DNA from: an uncultured delta proteobacterium
GTDB taxonomy: Bacteria; Myxococcota; Myxococcia; Myxococcales; Anaeromyxobacteraceae
NCBI GenBank assembly: GCA_963828255.1
Contig: CAWHDZ010000030.1
Coordinates: forward strand, 64,001-128,000
DNA length: 64,000 nucleotides
Reading direction: 5' to 3'
Below are positions 41,112 through 50,123 of this stretch, in pieces (the stretch's first letter is position 1; each line of letters begins with the position of its first letter). The notes under the pieces are model-generated. The model was not told where the DNA came from, searched no databases, and worked only from the letters and a program-made list of their open reading frames with translations. The position numbers and the translations under genes are program-made.

Positions 41112-43553
41112 ATGACTCGCCGCCCTCTTCTCGCCGTGCTGTTCGCCGCGCTGTTCGCGACCGCCTGCGGAGGCTCCCCCTCAGAAAGTGGGGCGACGAC
41201 GCCACCGGTAGTCGGTGTCGAAGTGACCCCCAGCGCGGTCAACGTGCCCGTAGGCGGGTCGGAGACCTTCGCCGCAGCCGTCACCGGGACGACCAGCAGG
41301 GCGGTCACCTGGTCGATCCAGGAAGGCTCGGCGTGCGGGTCCGTCTCGTCGGCGGGCGTCTACAGCGCACCGGGTGTTGCGAGCACCTGCCACGTCGTGG
41401 CGACCAGCGCCGCCGACACGACCAAGAGCGGGTCCGCCACCGTCACCGTCACGCCCGCCCCGGTCCTCACGGTGAACGTGTCGCCCGCCTCCCCCTCGGT
41501 CGCCGCCGGCGGCACGGTTGCCTTCGCCGCCACCGTCTCCGGTGCGGTACCGGGTCAACCCACCACCGTGACGTGGTCGGTGCCCGCCGGAGCAGGCTCC
41601 ATCGGCGCTTCCACTGGAGTCTACGTGGCTCCCTCGACCCCCGGCACCTACGTCGTCACCGCCACCAGCGTCGCCGCTCCGACCACGTTCGGCACCGCCA
41701 CGGTCACGGTGGTCGGCGTCGTCCAACCCCCCGACACGACGCCACCCACCGTCTCGCTGACCGCCCCCACCGAGGGGCAGAGCGTCTCGGGCACCGTCAC
41801 CGTCACCGCCACCGCCAGCGACAACGTCGCGGTCACCAGCGTGCGACTCCTGCTGGACGGCGCGCAGTTCTGCGCGCCGTCCACCACCCCCTTCGCCTGC
41901 GCCTGGAACACCACCGCAGCGGTCAACGGCGCCCATACCCTGACGGCGGTGGCGCAGGACGCCGCCGGCAACTCGACCACCTCGGCGGCGCGCCACGTCA
42001 CGGTGGCCAACGCCGCCACCGGGTTCCTGCGCGTCTCGACGACCGGGGTGGACAGCGGCAACTGCAAGGCCTCGCCCTGCAGGACCATCGTCTACGGGAT
42101 CTCCAAGATGCTCGGGGGAGACACCTTGGTCGTTGGAAACGGCGTCTACCCCGAGGCCAACGCGATCCGCAACGTGCCGAGTGGCAACGCCGGGCCCGAC
42201 GGCGTGCCCGGCACGGCAGACGACGTCTACACGACGGTCATGGCCGAGACCGACTTTGGCGTCCTCATCGACGGCTCCGGCTGGCCGGATACCTGGGTCT
42301 ACGGCATCCGCATCGAGAACGCCTCGTACGTCAAGGTGCAGGGGTTTCGCGTCCACGGCCGGCAGAGCAACGGCACCGGCGGCCCGATGACGGTGCTGAG
42401 CAGCCACCACGTCAAGATCATCCGGTGCGGATTCGCCTACGGCGGGGTGAGCGACAACACCGCCACCGTGGACCTCGGCCCCGACAACGACTACGTGCTC
42501 GTCGAGGAGTGCTACGCCTTCGGAGGCGGGAGGTACCAGTACGTGGTCTACTGGTCCGACCACACCGTCATCCGCAGGAGCGTGGCCCGGAACGACTACT
42601 GGAGGGGTTCGCTGCAGAGCGCGGCGTTCACCAACTACGACTCGATTCGCACCGTCTGGCAGAACAACATCGCCATCGACTCGGACGAGTCGTGCTGTTC
42701 CGGCCACCTCTACGCCGGGTTCTTCAACGAGAACAAGACCGACCACGCCAACGACACCAGCCAGGCGTTCCTGGGGAACATCGTCCTCAACTACGGCGCC
42801 TTCTACGCTGCGCACCTCGACTGGGTTGTCTCGGGCACGCGCGTCCTGACCGACAACATCTACTGGGACTCGATGGGCGGCTACTGGGGTGACCAGGGGC
42901 CAGGCGTGACCGCCTCTTGGACGGCCAAGAACCTGACCTCGGGCGCCGCCAAGGGCCTCTACGACGGGCCCAACATGGGTCCCGGCCTGGGGACCGGCCT
43001 GTCCATCTATGGCAACCTGACGAACCAGGTTCGCGACTCGATCTTCGCCGGCAACCGCTCCTTCGGCGTCGCGGACTACGTGTCCGGTGACTACAACGCG
43101 TTCTCCGGGAACGGGGCCAACTACGGCGGCCAGCACACCCCCACGCCGGGAGCGCACGACGTCACTTCGGTGGCCATCGTGCCCGGGGTCCTGAAGTACC
43201 TCCCGCGGGGACCGGAGGCCGGTTCGCTGCTCGCGACGGCCGGGTCCAGCGGCGGCCGTGTGGGCGCCCAGGTGCTGTGGAAGATCGGCGTGGACGGCAC
43301 CCTGTGGGGCGAACCCGGCTACGACACGTTGCGGGACGCCGCGCACGGCTTCGGCGGCGTGCCGGATCGACTCTGGCCGTTCCCCAACGAGGCGGCGATC
43401 AAGCTCGACATGGCCGCCTACAACGGTGGTGGGCTCGCGGGCCGGCGCGGATTCTGCTCGGCCGGCAAGCAGCTCGACGGGACGAGCAACGTGACGCTGA
43501 CGAGCTACATCTGGGAGTACCTGGGCAACCCCATGCCGGCGAGCATCTACTAG
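41112..43553 (+). CDS. Lipoprotein with three Ig-like domains and a right-handed beta-helix (pectate-lyase-like) domain
   Basis: Lipobox ATAC, two VTWS..G.Y.AP repeats, DTTPPTVSLTAP...NGAHTLTAVAQDAAGN, Asn/Gly-rich beta-helix-like region. Confidence 0.75.
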   Translation: MTRRPLLAVLFAALFATACGGSPSESGATTPPVVGVEVTPSAVNVPVGGSETFAAAVTGTTSRAVTWSIQEGSACGSVSSAGVYSAPGVASTCHVVATSAADTTKSGSATVTVTPAPVLTVNVSPASPSVAAGGTVAFAATVSGAVPGQPTTVTWSVPAGAGSIGASTGVYVAPSTPGTYVVTATSVAAPTTFGTATVTVVGVVQPPDTTPPTVSLTAPTEGQSVSGTVTVTATASDNVAVTSVRLLLDGAQFCAPSTTPFACAWNTTAAVNGAHTLTAVAQDAAGNSTTSAARHVTVANAATGFLRVSTTGVDSGNCKASPCRTIVYGISKMLGGDTLVVGNGVYPEANAIRNVPSGNAGPDGVPGTADDVYTTVMAETDFGVLIDGSGWPDTWVYGIRIENASYVKVQGFRVHGRQSNGTGGPMTVLSSHHVKIIRCGFAYGGVSDNTATVDLGPDNDYVLVEECYAFGGGRYQYVVYWSDHTVIRRSVARNDYWRGSLQSAAFTNYDSIRTVWQNNIAIDSDESCCSGHLYAGFFNENKTDHANDTSQAFLGNIVLNYGAFYAAHLDWVVSGTRVLTDNIYWDSMGGYWGDQGPGVTASWTAKNLTSGAAKGLYDGPNMGPGLGTGLSIYGNLTNQVRDSIFAGNRSFGVADYVSGDYNAFSGNGANYGGQHTPTPGAHDVTSVAIVPGVLKYLPRGPEAGSLLATAGSSGGRVGAQVLWKIGVDGTLWGEPGYDTLRDAAHGFGGVPDRLWPFPNEAAIKLDMAAYNGGGLAGRRGFCSAGKQLDGTSNVTLTSYIWEYLGNPMPASIY

Positions 43554-43564
43554 GAGGACGGCCC

Positions 43565-43601
43565 GGAGTTCGAACCGCCATTCGGGTCGGGTGAGGGCAG
43601 C
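43565..43601 (+). repeat. 37-bp hairpin-forming direct repeat, copy 2
   Basis: See copy 1. Confidence 0.85.
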
Positions 43602-43625
43602 CGTCGTAGCGCGGGATGCCGCTGT

Positions 43626-43656
43626 CCAGGTAGGCGCGAGAGAGGCGCCTACCTGG
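43626..43656. terminator. 12-bp perfect stem-loop between convergent genes
   Basis: CCAGGTAGGCGC-gagagag-GCGCCTACCTGG; no U-tract. Confidence 0.5.
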
Positions 43657-43739
43657 CGCTCCCAGCTCTCGCGGGGCTCGGGAGGGGGCACGCCGGATGG
43701 GTCGCACGCGCCGTGCCCGTCCCCGGCAGGCTGTCCGGT

Positions 43740-44594
43740 CTACCGCCCCAGGAACCTCTCCACCGCCGGGAAGAAGACGTCGGGGTTCTCGCAGAACGGC
43801 CAGTGGCCTGCCCCCGGGACCGCGAGGATCTCGCCGCGGGGGAGCGCCGAGAGCCACTCCTGCTCCGCGTCCGGGGGTCCCCGGTCGGTCTCGCCCCAGA
43901 CGAGCAGCACAGGCACGTCGAGCCCCGCGAGGCGCGGCCGCCAGTCCCAGTCGCCGAGCGACGGGTAGATCCGCTCCAGCCAGTCGGGGATCCACTTCTC
44001 CGGGAACTCGTTGGGCAGGTCGCAGGCCTCGAGCGGCACGAGCCCCACGTTCTCGGGGCGGGCCACCTGCTGGGGGAGGAGGTAGTGGCGCATCCACTCC
44101 CGGGCGTAGGTGCGGGGATCGGTGCGGTGGACCTTGCCGGCGCGCAGCGCGCCGAGCCGCGTCGAGCCGGGAGGGCGGATCATCTCGCCCAGGCTGGGAA
44201 GCTCGGAGTCGTGCCAGGGGACGCGCCGGGGCGCGAACGCGCCCACCAGCACCAGCCGGGAGACCGCGTGGGGATGATCGAGCGCGTGGAGGAGCGCCAC
44301 CGCCGAGCAGTAGGAGTGGCCGATCACCACCGGCCGGTCGAGCGAGAGGTGGCGCCGGATGGCTTCCAGGTCGGCGACGTCGAAGGACACCCCCAGCCGG
44401 CTCCGGTCCTCCACGTGGGAGGAGAGGCCACGGCCCCGGAGGTCGTAGGAGACGATCCGGCGCCCCTGGGCCAGGGGCCGGAGCGGTCCGGCCACCCACG
44501 ACCCGTTCGGGACGACGAGCGCCTGCCCCTCCGATCCGCCGACCGTGTAGTGGATCCGGATACCTGGCTCGACCTCTAGGGTTCCGTGCTGCAA
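43740..44594 (-). CDS. Alpha/beta hydrolase (proline-iminopeptidase-like)
   Basis: YDLRGRGLS, GHSY nucleophile elbow, WGETD, GAGHWPF.E; TTG start after AGGAGG. Confidence 0.8.
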   Translation of the reverse strand: MQHGTLEVEPGIRIHYTVGGSEGQALVVPNGSWVAGPLRPLAQGRRIVSYDLRGRGLSSHVEDRSRLGVSFDVADLEAIRRHLSLDRPVVIGHSYCSAVALLHALDHPHAVSRLVLVGAFAPRRVPWHDSELPSLGEMIRPPGSTRLGALRAGKVHRTDPRTYAREWMRHYLLPQQVARPENVGLVPLEACDLPNEFPEKWIPDWLERIYPSLGDWDWRPRLAGLDVPVLLVWGETDRGPPDAEQEWLSALPRGEILAVPGAGHWPFCENPDVFFPAVERFLGR

Positions 44595-44677
44595 GCGACC
44601 GCGCCCTCCTGGGTGGGCCAAGGTACTCCGAATCCTCGGGATCGGCACGGCCGCACGAGGGTAACCTCCGGGTTTCC

Positions 44678-44707
44678 TTGACAGGAAGCGGGGGCCGATC
44701 GTATAGA
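44678..44707 (+). promoter_or_regulatory. Sigma-70-type promoter of rplU-rpmA-obgE
   Basis: TTGACA-N18-TATAGA. Confidence 0.55.
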
Positions 44708-44802
44708 ACCGCCCTTCCGGAGGCTCAGGCCCCGCAGCGCACGTCCGCGCCGGGGGAGAAACCCGAGTTCATTCCGATGGTTTTTCGCGAAGGAGCGGCT
44801 CG

Positions 44803-45108
44803 ATGTATGCGGTGATCCAGACCGGCGGCAAGCAGTATCGGGTTTCCAAGGGCGACAAGCTTCGCGTCGAGCTCCTCGAGGGCGACGTGGGCAAGAAGCT
44901 CTCCTTCGACGCGCTGCTCGTCGGCGGCGAGGGCGAGGCCAAGGTGGGCAAGCCCACCGTGGCCGGCGCGTCCGTCGCGGGCGAGATCGTCGCCCAGGGA
45001 CGTCACGCCAAGGTGGTCCACTTCCGCAAGAAGAAGGAAGGCTGGACCAAGAAGCGCGGCCACCGGCAGCCGTACACCGAGGTCGTCATCACCGGGGTCA
45101 GCGGCTAG
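44803..45108 (+). CDS. rplU: 50S ribosomal protein L21
   Basis: [21 protein letters not shown]. Confidence 0.98.
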   Translation: MYAVIQTGGKQYRVSKGDKLRVELLEGDVGKKLSFDALLVGGEGEAKVGKPTVAGASVAGEIVAQGRHAKVVHFRKKKEGWTKKRGHRQPYTEVVITGVSG

Positions 45109-45134
45109 CCCGCCCGAAGGAAAGGGATCAAGCA

Positions 45135-45392
45135 ATGGCTCACAAAAAAGGACAGGGCTCCAGCCGCAACGGCCGCGACTCCGCCGGGCAGCACCGCGGC
45201 GTGAAGATCTACGGCTCCGAGAACGTGATCGCCGGCAACATCCTGGTCCGCCAGTGCGGCACGCTCTTCCACCCCGGGCAGAACGTCGGGATGGGCAAGG
45301 ACTTCACGCTGTTCGCGAAGATCGACGGCACAGTGAAGTACGAGAAGACCCGCGGCGACCGCCGGGTGGTCAAGATCGTCCCGAAGGCCTGA
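45135..45392 (+). CDS. rpmA: 50S ribosomal protein L27
   Basis: [16 protein letters not shown]. Confidence 0.98.
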   Translation: MAHKKGQGSSRNGRDSAGQHRGVKIYGSENVIAGNILVRQCGTLFHPGQNVGMGKDFTLFAKIDGTVKYEKTRGDRRVVKIVPKA

Positions 45393-45465
45393 GTCGAGGG
45401 CCCTCGCCGATGTCGCGAGCGCCGCGGAGCCTTCTGGCCCGCGGCGTTCGTCGTATGGAGGCCAT

Positions 45466-46536
45466 GTGAAGTTCGTCGACGAGGTCCGCATCAAGGTCGC
45501 CTCCGGCGACGGGGGGAACGGCGCCGTCGCCTGGCGCCGGGAGAAGTTCATCCCCCGCGGCGGGCCCGCCGGCGGGGACGGCGGCTGGGGCGGCGACGTG
45601 ATCCTGATCGTCGACCCGCAGATGAACACGCTGCTCGACTACCGCTACATCCGCGAGCACCGGGCCAAGAGCGGGGAGCACGGCCGCGGGTCCGACCAGA
45701 ACGGCCTCTCCCAGCCCCCGCTCGAGCTTCGCGTGCCCCCGGGGACGCTGGTGAAGGACGCCGCCACCGGCGAGGTCCTCGCCGACATGGGCGAGGCCTG
45801 CCCGACCTTCGTGATCTGCAAGGGCGGCCGCGGCGGGCTCGGCAACATGAACTTCGCCACCTCCACCAACCAGGCGCCGCGCTTCGCGCAGCCCGGCACC
45901 AAGGGCGAGGAGAAGGACCTTCAGCTCGAGCTGAAGCTGCTCGCCGACGTCGGCATCGTCGGCTACCCCAACGCCGGCAAGTCCACGCTCATCAGCCGCA
46001 TCTCCCGGGCGCGCCCCAAGATCGCCGACTACCCCTTCACCACCCTGACGCCCAACCTGGGCGTGGTGGGCTGGCGCGGCAAGAGCTTCGTGGTGGCCGA
46101 CGTCCCTGGCCTCATCGAGGGGGCCCACGCCGGCGCCGGCCTCGGCCACCAGTTCCTGCGCCACCTGGAGCGGACCAAGGTCCTCGTGCACCTCGTGGAC
46201 CCGCTGGCGCCGGGCGAGGGGCGCGGTCCGCGCGCCGACCTCGACGCCATCGACCGGGAGCTGGCCCTCTACTCGAAGGAGCTGGCGAAGAAGCCCCAGG
46301 TCATCGCGGTGACCAAGATGGACGTCCCCGAGGCCGAGGCGAAGCTCGCCCTGCTGAAGAAGAGCTTCGCCCGGCGCAAGAAGAAGCCGCTCATCCTGGC
46401 CATCTCCGCCGTCACCGGCGAGGGGATCGACCCGCTTCTCGACCAGGTGGCGAAGGTGCTGCGCGGCGAGGAGCCCGGCAAGGAGCGGCTCGCCAAGAAG
46501 AAGGTGGGCAAGCCCAGGAGCAAGGCTTCGCGGTGA
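45466..46536 (+). CDS. obgE: GTPase ObgE
   Basis: FVDE, Gly-rich Obg fold, GYPNAGKST, DYPFTT, DVPGLIEGA. Confidence 0.97.
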   Translation: MKFVDEVRIKVASGDGGNGAVAWRREKFIPRGGPAGGDGGWGGDVILIVDPQMNTLLDYRYIREHRAKSGEHGRGSDQNGLSQPPLELRVPPGTLVKDAATGEVLADMGEACPTFVICKGGRGGLGNMNFATSTNQAPRFAQPGTKGEEKDLQLELKLLADVGIVGYPNAGKSTLISRISRARPKIADYPFTTLTPNLGVVGWRGKSFVVADVPGLIEGAHAGAGLGHQFLRHLERTKVLVHLVDPLAPGEGRGPRADLDAIDRELALYSKELAKKPQVIAVTKMDVPEAEAKLALLKKSFARRKKKPLILAISAVTGEGIDPLLDQVAKVLRGEEPGKERLAKKKVGKPRSKASR

Positions 46537-47189
46537 GCGACTACCTCCTCCCCGAGCGCAAGGCGCGCATCGACGAGGTGGTGTCGCGCCGGACCAGGAC
46601 GCTCACGGTGGTCATCGAGGCGCTCTGCGATCCGCAGAACGTGAACGCCGTGCTGCGCACCTGCGACTCCTTCGGGGTGCAGGAGGTCCACGTGGTCGAG
46701 GGGCCCATGAAGGGCTTCGACCGGAACAAGAAGATCTCGCAGAACGCCGACAAGTGGCTCGACGTGACCCGCTGGGGCTCGACGCGGGAGTGCCTTTCCG
46801 CGCTCAAGGCGCGAGGCTTCGCCGTCCACGTCACCTGGCTGGGCGAGGGGTCGGTGGGGCTCGCCGACCTCGACTTCGCCGGGCCGGTGGCGCTGGTCTT
46901 CGGCAACGAGAGCAAGGGCGTCTCCGACGAGGCGCTGGCCATGGCCGACGCGCGCTTCGCCATCCCCATGCGCGGGTTCTCCCAGTCGCTCAACGTCTCG
47001 GTGGCGGCCGCGGTGACGCTGGCACGCGCCATCGACCGGCGCGAGGCGGTGCGCGGGCGGCACGGCGACCTGCCGGAGGCGGAGGCCGAGGAGCTGCGCC
47101 GGCGCTTCTACGTACTGGCGGTGAAGCAGCGGTCGCGCATCGCCAAGGCCGAGGCGGTCGCCGACCGCCGGGCGCGCCACCGGCGCTGA
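46533..47189 (+). CDS. trmH: SpoU/TrmH-family RNA methyltransferase
   Basis: DPQNVNAVLRTCD, VFGNE..GVS, IPMRGFSQSLNVSVA. Confidence 0.8.
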   Translation: MSDYLLPERKARIDEVVSRRTRTLTVVIEALCDPQNVNAVLRTCDSFGVQEVHVVEGPMKGFDRNKKISQNADKWLDVTRWGSTRECLSALKARGFAVHVTWLGEGSVGLADLDFAGPVALVFGNESKGVSDEALAMADARFAIPMRGFSQSLNVSVAAAVTLARAIDRREAVRGRHGDLPEAEAEELRRRFYVLAVKQRSRIAKAEAVADRRARHRR

Positions 47190-47267
47190 TCCAGGACCGA
47201 TCCGGGGTGAGGGGCGGGGGTCCTTCGGGCCGCCGCGGATCGCCCTTGTCCGTCCGGTGGCGTTCAT

Positions 47268-47286
47268 GATAATAAGAATCGTTCTC
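47268..47286 (+). promoter_or_regulatory. Fur box
   Basis: GATAATAAGAATCGTTCTC, 15/19 match to GATAATGATAATCATTATC, in an AT-rich patch 24 nt before the porin ATG. Confidence 0.8.
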
Positions 47287-47310
47287 AATATCCCGAAGGG
47301 CCGCACCCCC

Positions 47311-48585
47311 ATGACACGACTCCTCGTCCCGCTCCTGCTGTCCGCGCTCGCCCTCCCGGCCCTGGGGGAGGAGACGCCCCCGCCGGCCGCGCCCGTCGCC
47401 CCCACCGCCGCCGAGGACCGCCCCGCCACCCAGGCCGAGGTGAAGGCGCTGGCCGAGGAGGTCCGGCGCCTCAAGCTGGAGATGTCGGTGCCCGACGTGA
47501 TCCAGTTCGGCTCCTACGCCGGCATGGGAATGGGCGCCTCCAAGGTCCACTTCCAGCCCAAGGGGCTCTCCATCGGCGGCTACGGCGAGTTCGTCTACAC
47601 GAACTTCGCCGACGACAGGGTGGACCTGGCCGAGGTCCTGCGGCTCGTCCTCTACGTCGGCTACCGCTTCAACGACCGGATCGTCTTCAACTCCGAGGTC
47701 GAGTTCGAGCACGGCGCCAGGGAGATCGGGATCGAGCTCGCCTACTTCGACTTCACGCTGCTCGATCAGCTGACGCTCCGGGTGGGCAACGTGCTCGTCC
47801 CGGTGGGCTTCCTGAACGAAAACCACGAGCCCATCTTCTTCTACGGCGTCTACCGGCCCCTGGTGGACCGCTTCGTGATCCCCACCACCTGGAACCAGAA
47901 CGGCCTCGGAATCTACGGCGACCTCGGACCCGTCCGCTACAAGGCCTACCTCCTCACCGGCCTCGACGCCTTCGGCGACGACCCCCTCCAGGCCGGGACA
48001 TGGATCCGCAACGCCCGCACCGGAGCCTTCGGCCCGGCCCAGACGTGGGCGGGCGTGGCGAGCCTCAACGCCGACGTGGGGCCGGCCACCTTCGGCGGCA
48101 GCTTCTACGGCGGCGACGCCGGGCAGGGGTACCGGGACACCGCCGGTGCACGCGTCTCCCCCACCGTGCTCATCGGCGAGATCCACGCGCTGGTCGCCTG
48201 GAAGGGGCTCACCGCGCGCGCCCTCATGGCCTTTGGCTCGCTCTCCCGGTCCGCCGCCGTCTCCGAGGCGCTCCTGAAAGCGCCCGACCAGTACATCGGC
48301 AGCCGCGCCTGGGGTGGATACGTGGAGGCCGGGTTCGACGTGCTCACGCTCGTCGGGTCGTCCATGTCGCTCTCGCCCTTCCTGCGCTTCGAGGCACTCG
48401 ACACCCAGGCCGCGGTCGAGGGGCTCGGCGTGAAGAACCCGGCCTTCGACCGCCGGGTGATCACCACCGGGATCGACTTCAAGCCCATCCCCCAGGTCGT
48501 GGTGAAGGCCAACTGGCAGCAGATCACCACCATGGCATCGCAGACGCTCCAGCAGTGGGACCTGGGCGTGGGCTTCGTCTACTAG
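47311..48585 (+). CDS. Outer-membrane porin-like beta-barrel with an N-terminal coiled coil
   Basis: Signal peptide; IGGYGE, RLVLYVGYRFND.I.FNSEVEFEH, NENHEP..F.GV.RP, IPTTW; C-terminal GVGFVY. Confidence 0.8.
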   Translation: MTRLLVPLLLSALALPALGEETPPPAAPVAPTAAEDRPATQAEVKALAEEVRRLKLEMSVPDVIQFGSYAGMGMGASKVHFQPKGLSIGGYGEFVYTNFADDRVDLAEVLRLVLYVGYRFNDRIVFNSEVEFEHGAREIGIELAYFDFTLLDQLTLRVGNVLVPVGFLNENHEPIFFYGVYRPLVDRFVIPTTWNQNGLGIYGDLGPVRYKAYLLTGLDAFGDDPLQAGTWIRNARTGAFGPAQTWAGVASLNADVGPATFGGSFYGGDAGQGYRDTAGARVSPTVLIGEIHALVAWKGLTARALMAFGSLSRSAAVSEALLKAPDQYIGSRAWGGYVEAGFDVLTLVGSSMSLSPFLRFEALDTQAAVEGLGVKNPAFDRRVITTGIDFKPIPQVVVKANWQQITTMASQTLQQWDLGVGFVY

Positions 48586-48593
48586 GCGCGCGG

Positions 48594-49121
48594 ATGCGAC
48601 GGGGAATCCTCATCGCCGCCGTGCTCGCCTGGTCCGGCGCCGCGTTCGCCGCTCCGCCCGACGCGCTTCGCGCGGCCTTTCCGGAAGCGGAACGCTTCGA
48701 CCCGACCGACGTGCTCCTCTCCGACGAGATGGCGAGGAAGCTCGACGACCTGGCCCGCTCGAAGATCCCGGAGCGGATGGTCACCTTCTACGCGGCCCGC
48801 AAGGGCGACGCCGTCCTGGGGTACGCGGTGCTGCAGAGCCACGTGGTGCGCACCAAGCGGGAGACGCTGCTCCTCGCCTTCGAGCCCGACGGGCGGATCC
48901 GGAGGATCGTCGTCCTCGCCTTCCTCGAGCCCCCCGAGTACAGGCCGTCCGAGCGCTGGCTCGGCCAGTTCTCCGGAAAGGGGGCCACCGACCGGCTGGC
49001 GGTGGGGGACGACCTCGCCCCCATCTCCGGGTCCACGCTCTCGGCGCGCGGGGTGGCCGAGCAGTCGCGCTGGCTGCTCCAGGCGCTGCAGATGGCCAGG
49101 CAGGGGAGGAAGGTCCCGTGA
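48594..49121 (+). CDS. Periplasmic FMN-binding (flavinylation target) protein
   Basis: Signal peptide; F.EP.EY.P..RWL.QF.GK and ISGSTLS ([ST]GA[ST]-like) motif. Confidence 0.8.
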   Translation: MRRGILIAAVLAWSGAAFAAPPDALRAAFPEAERFDPTDVLLSDEMARKLDDLARSKIPERMVTFYAARKGDAVLGYAVLQSHVVRTKRETLLLAFEPDGRIRRIVVLAFLEPPEYRPSERWLGQFSGKGATDRLAVGDDLAPISGSTLSARGVAEQSRWLLQALQMARQGRKVP

Positions 49122-49606
49122 GATTCCTCGTGCAGCCGAACCCGGCGGTGATGGACCGGGCGCGCCCTCCGGTGCGGGCCTTCCTGGCCTTCGCCGCGCT
49201 GCTGCTCGTCGGATGGGTGGCCTCCCGCGCCGCCCACGGCGCGCTCACCCCCGACGGGCTCGCCCGCATCCTCGAGCCCTCGCCCGGGGAGCGGCTCGGG
49301 CCCTTGGCGCTCTGGGAGGAGGTCCACCAGGGGGCCTTCCTGTACGGCTTCCTGCTGCTCACGCTGGGCTCCCTGCTCGTGGTCTGCCCGGTGGCGCCCG
49401 GCCTGCGAAACGGCCTCGTGGGAGCCGCCATGGTCGCGGCCCTCGTGGACCTGCTCGCCCCGTTCCTGCACGTGCTCCGGCCTGGCTTCCCGGGCTGGGC
49501 GCTGCTCCGGATCGGCGCCTTTGGCGTCGCCATGGCCGTGCTCCTCGCCGCGGTGGCGGTCGCCTGGGCCACCTTCGGCAAGGAGCCGAGGCGCACCGAT
49601 GGTTGA
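49118..49606 (+). CDS. 4-TM membrane protein (His-containing), partner A
   Basis: GTGA overlap with the upstream gene; LWEEVHQGAF helix; resembles the downstream gene. Confidence 0.7.
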   Translation: MRFLVQPNPAVMDRARPPVRAFLAFAALLLVGWVASRAAHGALTPDGLARILEPSPGERLGPLALWEEVHQGAFLYGFLLLTLGSLLVVCPVAPGLRNGLVGAAMVAALVDLLAPFLHVLRPGFPGWALLRIGAFGVAMAVLLAAVAVAWATFGKEPRRTDG

Positions 49607-50123
49607 TCCCCGGGTCGCCCGATTCACCGCGCCCATCGTGGCCTTCGCGGCCATGGTGGCGGTGGTCATGGCCACCGGCGCGGTCCTCTTCGCCCGGAAG
49701 ATCGGGTTCGACGGCGGCCAGGTCCGGGCCTTCTACCTGGGCTCGGAGGCCGGTTTCGCGGAGCCCAGGTCGCTCGCCGGGCTCCTCGAGGTGGCGGTGC
49801 CGCACCTGCTCGCGGTGCCCTTGCTGATCTTCGTGACGCTGCACCTCGTGGCCTTCGCCTCCGGGATGAGACGCCGCCCCTTCGCGGTGCTTGCCGGGAT
49901 CACCTGGGGCTGCGCCGGTGCGGGGATCCTGGCCGGCTTCGCCATCCGCTTCGCCTGGCCGTGGCTCGCGTCCCTCAAGGTGGCGGCCTTCGTGGGGCTC
50001 CAGGCCACGATGCTCGCCTGGCTCCTCCTGCTCGTCGCGGCGATCCTGCCCCCCGCCCGCGGCGAGTCCCGCTCCGGCGGCCTCACGGGGTCGGAGGCCG
50101 CACCACCTCGAGCCGTGCGCTGA
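49599..50123 (+). CDS. 4-TM membrane protein with an H-x12-H helix (possible heme b ligation), partner B
   Basis: FYLGSE..FAEPRSLAGLLEVAVPHLLAVPLLIFVTLH. Confidence 0.7.
   Translation: MVDPRVARFTAPIVAFAAMVAVVMATGAVLFARKIGFDGGQVRAFYLGSEAGFAEPRSLAGLLEVAVPHLLAVPLLIFVTLHLVAFASGMRRRPFAVLAGITWGCAGAGILAGFAIRFAWPWLASLKVAAFVGLQATMLAWLLLLVAAILPPARGESRSGGLTGSEAAPPRAVR

Noticed and set aside
40712..43601. Possible CRISPR repeat pair (37 bp, palindromic)
   Set aside because: Only two copies 2.8 kb apart and no cas genes
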